From NCBI GenBank assembly GCA_009784815.1, contig WQXN01000002.1, positions 94,667-158,666 on the forward strand: DNA of 64,000 bases, given 5' to 3'. Both the position numbers and the translations under genes were made by a program. Each line of letters starts with the position of its first letter. The stretch's first letter is position 1. Shown here in pieces: positions 59,217 to 64,000 of this stretch. The stretch is from Alphaproteobacteria bacterium. Its GTDB lineage: Bacteria > Pseudomonadota > Alphaproteobacteria > Rs-D84. The notes beneath the pieces were generated by a model. That model worked only from the letters and a program-made list of their open reading frames with translations. It searched no databases and was not told where the DNA came from.

Positions 59217-60286
59217 GCATGGAACCAAAGCTTTTGCAGATACAAAATCGCTTCCAAGAGGTTGAAAAATCCCTGTCGGACAGCGGCAATTTGTCCACGA
59301 AAGATATAGTGGTATTAAATAAAGAATATGCCAAGCTGGGTGAAATAACCCCGTTGATTAAGTCATATTTTGATGCAAAAGCCGGTTTGTCCGAGGCTGA
59401 AGTCATGTTAAAAGACCCGGAAATGAAAGATTTGGCCGAGGAAGAACTGATTAAAAACAAAGAGTTGCTTATTAATCTTGAACAAGAATTAAAACTGGCT
59501 TTGCTGCCGAAAGACGACGCTGACGACAAGAGTGTAATTATGGAAATCAGGGCGGGGGTGGGTGGTGACGAAAGCGGGATATTTGCTGGCGATTTGTTCC
59601 GTCAGTATCAGTCTTATGCCGGCCGCAAAGGCTGGAAGATTGAAATTTTGGACGAAAATCCGACCGAGCTTAACGGTTATAAAGAGATAATTTTTCGTGT
59701 TGCGGGCAAGGGGGCCTTTGCCCGGCTTAAGTTCGAATCCGGTATTCACCGGGTCCAGCGCGTCCCTGAGACCGAGGCTGGTGGTCGTGTTCACACTTCC
59801 GCCGCGTCCGTCGCCGTCATGCCCGAGGCCGAGGAAGTCGACGTCCAAATCGACGAAAAAGATCTGCGGATTGATACTTATAGATCGTCCGGGGCAGGTG
59901 GTCAGCACGTCAATAAAACCGACAGTGCGGTCCGTATCACGCACCTTCCGACCAATACTGTCGCGGCATCCCAGACCGAGCGCTCGCAAATACAAAACCG
60001 CGCGAACGCCATGAAGATGCTTATGGCAAGATTATACGAAAAACAACGGGAAGAACTGCAATCTTCGCGCGATTCTTCAAGAAAGGCCCAGGTCGGTTCC
60101 GGCGATCGTTCCGAGAAAATAAGGACCTATAATTTTCCCGAGCAGCGCATAACCGACCACCGTATAAAGCTGACTTTGCATAACTTGGACGATTTTCTGG
60201 CCGGCGGGATCAGCTTGGATGAAATGATCGACGCTTTGCTGGCCGAGCATCAGCTTAAACTTTTAGCCGCCGTCGAGGCCCGATAA
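59213..60286 (+). CDS. prfA: peptide chain release factor 1
   Basis: GGQHVNKT. The tripeptide position reads PET (RF1-type PxT). Confidence 0.95.
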   Translation: MSMEPKLLQIQNRFQEVEKSLSDSGNLSTKDIVVLNKEYAKLGEITPLIKSYFDAKAGLSEAEVMLKDPEMKDLAEEELIKNKELLINLEQELKLALLPKDDADDKSVIMEIRAGVGGDESGIFAGDLFRQYQSYAGRKGWKIEILDENPTELNGYKEIIFRVAGKGAFARLKFESGIHRVQRVPETEAGGRVHTSAASVAVMPEAEEVDVQIDEKDLRIDTYRSSGAGGQHVNKTDSAVRITHLPTNTVAASQTERSQIQNRANAMKMLMARLYEKQREELQSSRDSSRKAQVGSGDRSEKIRTYNFPEQRITDHRIKLTLHNLDDFLAGGISLDEMIDALLAEHQLKLLAAVEAR

Positions 60287-60349
60287 TTGTATATACATTG
60301 GTATTGACTATCGGTGCCGCGTTTCTAGTATAATTTGCACGAGGTAAAA

Positions 60350-61231
60350 ATGTCCGAAATCAGTCGTAAACAAATAGATGAATTCCTGGTCAAAGAATTT
60401 CCCGGTAAGGTTGTGGACTATGTAGGCGAGGGCTGGTCGAGTTTTGCATTTAGGGTTGGCGGCCGCATAATTCGGGTGCCGCGAAAAACCGAAATTATAA
60501 AAAATTACGAACGCGAGGCCAAAATATGCGAGTTTGTAAGGTCGTTTATCACTCTTCCTATTCCAAAAATAAAGGCGGTTCGTGGAAAAATCCCTTATGC
60601 CGTTCACCGCGAGTTGAAAGGTGAAAAATTCAACAACGCGCGCCTATTGGAAATGACCGTCGGTCAGCGTAATAAAATTGCGTTAGACTCGGCCAGGTTC
60701 ATGGCCGAATTGCATTCCATTCCCTTTGGTGAAATTCAAAAAACCGTGCCGGATCTTGCTTTTTATAAACCTAAAGCGGTAAAGGATCTTAAGAAATGCG
60801 CCGCCGCTTACAAAGGTTTTCTGTCCGCGCCGAAAATAAAGATGTTGCTTGCGGGCTATGTCGCCGCAGTAGCGCGCGCGAACAAGCGCAAGGGTTTCGT
60901 ATACTGTCATGGCGATTTTCACGGCGGAAATTCGCTTGTCGATAAACGAAACAAATTGTGCGGAGTCTTCGATTGGTGCGGCGGAGAAATCAATATCCCG
61001 GAATGCGACATTAAAAGAGTCTTCGAGCTTATGCCCTCGGTCTTCGATTTATTTCTGCCCGAATACAATCGCTTGTCAGGCAGAAAGATAAGGAAAAGCG
61101 ACGTGTCCGACCAGCTTTTGATCCGGCTGGTGGAGTGTGCGCACGACCTGCTTGATCAAACTCATCTTGTTCATATACGCGAAAAGGCTATGAAAGATCT
61201 TGCTGCGCGCGCCGCGCCTTACGTGGCTTAA
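60350..61231 (+). CDS. phosphotransferase (APH-like fold)
   Basis: CHGDFHGGNSLV (HxDxxxxN) followed by VFDWCG. GAGGT RBS before ATG 60350. Confidence 0.75.
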   Translation: MSEISRKQIDEFLVKEFPGKVVDYVGEGWSSFAFRVGGRIIRVPRKTEIIKNYEREAKICEFVRSFITLPIPKIKAVRGKIPYAVHRELKGEKFNNARLLEMTVGQRNKIALDSARFMAELHSIPFGEIQKTVPDLAFYKPKAVKDLKKCAAAYKGFLSAPKIKMLLAGYVAAVARANKRKGFVYCHGDFHGGNSLVDKRNKLCGVFDWCGGEINIPECDIKRVFELMPSVFDLFLPEYNRLSGRKIRKSDVSDQLLIRLVECAHDLLDQTHLVHIREKAMKDLAARAAPYVA

Positions 61232-61316
61232 TAATTAATAAGAGGAAGCGCTTGACAAATTGCAATGGGGGAGGGTAGACTGGGTTCTGTAGGGGATCAA
61301 CCCAAAAGGATCAAAT

Positions 61317-62294
61317 ATGTCGGGCAAAATTAAAGTATATGTGGACGGGCAGGTCGGTACGACCGGGCTTCAGATAATCGGGCGTTTATCAAAGCGCGAC
61401 GATATAGACATCTTATTTATTCCCGAAGATTTGCGTAAAAACGACGACGCGCGCCGCGATTACCTCAACAAATCCGACGTTTCGTTTCTGTGTCTTTCCG
61501 ACGCCAACGCCGTCAAAGCCGCATCTATGGTTGAGAATCCCAACACTGTGATTATCGATGCTTCAACCGCGCACCGCACGAACCCCGATTGGGTTTACGG
61601 TCTTCCGGAAATCGGCGCGCAAAGAAAGGCTATCCGTGGAGCGAAACGTATCGCGAACCCGGGTTGTCATGCTTCCGGATTTATATCCATAGTTTATCCC
61701 TTGGTTTTCGAAGGGGTTATAGCGCGAAATCAAGCTTTGAGTTGTTTCTCGATCACCGGTTATTCCGGCGGCGGGAAAGAGCTTATAGCGGAATACGAAA
61801 ATTCGCCCGATTACGAGGACGAGGCGGACTATCTATATCGCGAACTGGACGGCGCGCAACTGTACGCGCTTGGGTTGGTGCACAAGCATCTTGACGAGAT
61901 GAGGCATATGTGCGGCCTTTTGAAGGCTCCTGTATTTGTGCCGATTTTGAACGATGTTGCTCAGGGCATGACAGTCAGCGTTCCTTTGAGTCTTGAGGGC
62001 GGCGATCACGACGCCGTGCAAATTCACCAATTTTTGGCAGAGTATTATAAAGACGCCGAATTCGTTAAAGTTATGCCGTTTGCCGGCAAGGGTTGCCTGA
62101 ATACCAAGCGCAATACTTTGTCTTCGCAAAGATGCAATGGCACGAACCGAATGGAACTTTTTGTATTTGGCCACAGTAATCACGCGGTGGTTTCGGCCGT
62201 GTTTGATAATCTTGGCGCGGGTGCGGGCGGGCAGGCGATGCATAATATGAATATCGCTTTGGGTATTGAAGAAGCCAAGGGTCTTGTTCGCTAA
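61317..62294 (+). CDS. argC: N-acetyl-gamma-glutamyl-phosphate reductase (short type 2)
   Basis: VDGQVGTTGL, with the catalytic Cys in ANPGCHASG. Confidence 0.9.
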   Translation: MSGKIKVYVDGQVGTTGLQIIGRLSKRDDIDILFIPEDLRKNDDARRDYLNKSDVSFLCLSDANAVKAASMVENPNTVIIDASTAHRTNPDWVYGLPEIGAQRKAIRGAKRIANPGCHASGFISIVYPLVFEGVIARNQALSCFSITGYSGGGKELIAEYENSPDYEDEADYLYRELDGAQLYALGLVHKHLDEMRHMCGLLKAPVFVPILNDVAQGMTVSVPLSLEGGDHDAVQIHQFLAEYYKDAEFVKVMPFAGKGCLNTKRNTLSSQRCNGTNRMELFVFGHSNHAVVSAVFDNLGAGAGGQAMHNMNIALGIEEAKGLVR

Positions 62295-62320
62295 CGCGAG
62301 GTTGTTAGTATCTATTTAAG

Positions 62321-62347
62321 ATTAGGAAGACTTAACGTCTTCCTAAT
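62321..62347 (+). terminator. perfect 11-bp hairpin after argC
   Basis: ATTAGGAAGAC-TTAAC-GTCTTCCTAAT. There is no clear T-run. Confidence 0.5.
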
Positions 62348-62365
62348 GTATTTCCTATATTTTCT

Positions 62366-62476
62366 AAAAAAGGGTGAAATTTGGCCAAAAATTGGCTAAA
62401 TTAAGGATAAAATAAGGTCAAAAAACGCTGAAAATTTAAGCAAAAAATCGCTAAAAATAGCGAAAATTCAACAAAA
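62366..62476. repeat. array of 11 helically phased A-tracts
   Basis: A3-A6 tracts start at 62366, 62377, 62387, 62398, 62409, 62420, 62431, 62442, 62453, 62463 and 62473. The spacings are 11, 10, 11, 11, 11, 11, 11, 11, 10, 10. Confidence 0.85.
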
Positions 62477-62549
62477 TTTAATGGAATCTGCGGCGGGATT
62501 TGAATTTGTGGCTGAAAAATCTTAATTTTTACTAGGTAGAAAGATCGAG

Positions 62550-62577
62550 TTGCTAAATCCTGGGTAAATGGCATAAT
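62550..62577 (+). promoter_or_regulatory. putative sigma70 promoter
   Basis: TTGCTA (62550..62555), N16, CATAAT (62572..62577), immediately upstream of a GGAGG-led mini-ORF. Confidence 0.4.
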
Positions 62578-62869
62578 AAAACGGAGGAGTCTTGATGAAA
62601 AACACGGGAAACCTGCGGGTTTTTATTTATCTTCATGTCGCATAATGTATATTATGTGTAGTTATATATGGTGGAATCGCCTGATCAAAGGGTATTGATA
62701 TCATTTTTATCCGGATTGAGGTCATTTTTATTCGGAACGATTTCAGGATTCGCGCCGGTTTTTGATCAAATATTATTTGAATTATTTTTGTTTGAATTGT
62801 TTTGCCGGGCTCTTTATTTTAAAATAATTTACTCTTGTTTAAATCGCGTTTTTATTTTATATTCACGGA

Positions 62870-63955
62870 ATGCAAAGCTTTGATTTCTCGATCGTATTTA
62901 TTCTAAGCCAGATTTTTATGCTGGTGTCCTTCGTGTTTTTCAGCGCGTCTTATCTTATAAAAAGCAGGCTTGGGCTTTTGGTGGCCAATATCTTTTGCAA
63001 TATTTTCGCAGTGGCAAGCTTTGCCTTATTAGGCGGCTGGATAGCCGCGGCGATGTTTGGAATCGCGATGTTCCGCGACGTTATAAGCGCGTACAGGTAT
63101 GTGCGGCAGACTCCATTGCAGCGTTTAAAAAGCACCAGTACGGACCGATATCTTATGTTTTTCTGGATTTTTGTGTTCACTGTCGCTGCGGCGCTTACCC
63201 AGGTCGGATTTATAAGCCTGTTCGCTTACTTCGCAATTATGGCCTTTAATATAGGAATATTACAGAAAAGCGTTTTAGTATACAGATTGCTTGGAATATT
63301 CGTCGGACTGTTCTGGCTTGTATACAGCGTCAGCGTTTCGAATATTATCGGCGTGATTCTGTATCCTATTATCGCCTTGTCCGCAGCAATTGGCGTAGTA
63401 TCTTATTATAAGGGCAAAAACCGCATCAAAAATTTCCCTAAAACTATAAAGACGCAAAGGTTGGTGCTTCGCGCTTTGCGGAAAAGCGATGCTGGTCCCC
63501 TATTCTCTTTGATCGATAAAAATCGCGGTTTCATCGGCGCGCATTTGGACTGGGTGGACTGTGTGAAGACCTTAAAGGACGAGGAAAAATACGTGGCTGC
63601 CCGCATAGCCGAGTGGAAAATCAAGGCGGGATTCAATTGGATAATTGAAACAGCTAAAGGCGGTTTGATTGGCTTTATAGGCACGGATCCGGTGTCATCC
63701 GATCTTTGGAAAAAGCGCAAATATATAGACTTTGATAATAAGATATTGTCTTTTGCTTACTTTCTTGATCCGAAATACACCGGCAAAGGTTATATGACCG
63801 AAGCTTTGCGCGCTTTGATTGATATTTCGCGCAATTTGGGTTTCAAACGCGTGCAGTTCGGCATAGGCGCGGAAAATATAAAATCCATAGCTGTGGTAAA
63901 ACGTTTAGGAGCCAAGCTTGTGGGCGAAAAACTGGAAATAGATTTGCGGAAATGA
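62870..63955 (+). CDS. fusion of a YgjV-like inner-membrane domain and a GNAT (RimJ/RimL-type) acetyltransferase
   Basis: The N-terminal ~185 aa has about 5-6 TM segments. The C-terminal part has RLVLRALRKSDAGPLF ... KYTGKGYMTEALRALI ... ENIKSIAVVKRLGAKLVGE. Confidence 0.7.
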   Translation: MQSFDFSIVFILSQIFMLVSFVFFSASYLIKSRLGLLVANIFCNIFAVASFALLGGWIAAAMFGIAMFRDVISAYRYVRQTPLQRLKSTSTDRYLMFFWIFVFTVAAALTQVGFISLFAYFAIMAFNIGILQKSVLVYRLLGIFVGLFWLVYSVSVSNIIGVILYPIIALSAAIGVVSYYKGKNRIKNFPKTIKTQRLVLRALRKSDAGPLFSLIDKNRGFIGAHLDWVDCVKTLKDEEKYVAARIAEWKIKAGFNWIIETAKGGLIGFIGTDPVSSDLWKKRKYIDFDNKILSFAYFLDPKYTGKGYMTEALRALIDISRNLGFKRVQFGIGAENIKSIAVVKRLGAKLVGEKLEIDLRK

Positions 63956-64000
63956 ACAAGAAAAAATTGTTTTTATGGAGTTTGTATAATTTCGGGACTT
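63952..64000 (+). CDS. start of an unidentified gene, cut by window edge
   Basis: ATGA start/stop overlap with the preceding gene. Reads MNKKKLFLWSLYNFGT... Too short to classify. Confidence 0.3.
   Translation, partial: MNKKKLFLWSLYNFGT

Noticed and set aside
62295-62869. The idea that the 575-bp AT-rich spacer with phased A-tracts is a replication origin.
   Set aside because: I found only poor DnaA-box matches (TTATCCGGA, TGTGGCTGA). There is no dnaA, dnaN or hemE context and no cluster of boxes. A curved promoter-upstream element is the more economical reading. An origin scan with skew data would be needed to revisit this.
62668-62883. A 71-aa ORF (MVESPDQRVLISFLSG...) in the argC-downstream spacer.
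   Set aside because: It has no RBS, very AT-rich and Phe/Leu-biased composition, and overlaps the start of the 62870 gene. It is most likely a chance ORF in AT-rich spacer.

Overview
This 64-kb chromosomal segment is most consistent with an alphaproteobacterium with symbiont-like content. That placement is an inference from synteny: tilS-ftsH, rpsF-rpsR-rplI without ssb, envC-ctpA, and a short type-2 argC. I support about 62 protein genes and 4 tRNAs (Gln-CUG, His-GUG, Thr-UGU, Arg-CCG), all four with an encoded CCA. I found no rRNA, CRISPR array, transposase or integrase.

The backbone is housekeeping: purK, efp, rpsD, tilS, ftsH, comM/yifB, era, queA, tgt, rpsF-rpsR-rplI, pth, polA, htpX-lemA, rlpA, rpsB-tsf-rpmE, envC-ctpA, a pyruvate:ferredoxin oxidoreductase, bamE, rsmE, eno, RNase J, gap, rsmD, tadA, prfA and argC. 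Three things are interspersed with it:
- Seven beta-barrel outer-membrane genes, each ending in a C-terminal Phe.
- AT-richer islets of unrecognisable genes at 1.9-3.1 kb, 4.4-7.8 kb, 52.3-55.4 kb and 56.5-58.1 kb.
- Two families of short GC-rich hairpin repeats.

The best candidate for something undescribed is a low-GC three-gene operon abutting tRNA-Arg. It encodes two paralogous helical-repeat proteins and a protein with four tandem HTH modules. It has its own near-consensus promoter, and two perfect 41-bp direct repeats lie upstream.

Other non-gene signals:
- Eleven A-tracts phased at 10-11 bp (62366..62476).
- Two C9/G9 homopolymers sitting in the spacers of TTGACA promoters.
- Catalytically degenerate PolA exonuclease, SuhB-like and RpiB-like domains.

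All calls come from reading the sequence and ORF track. No database search was possible.
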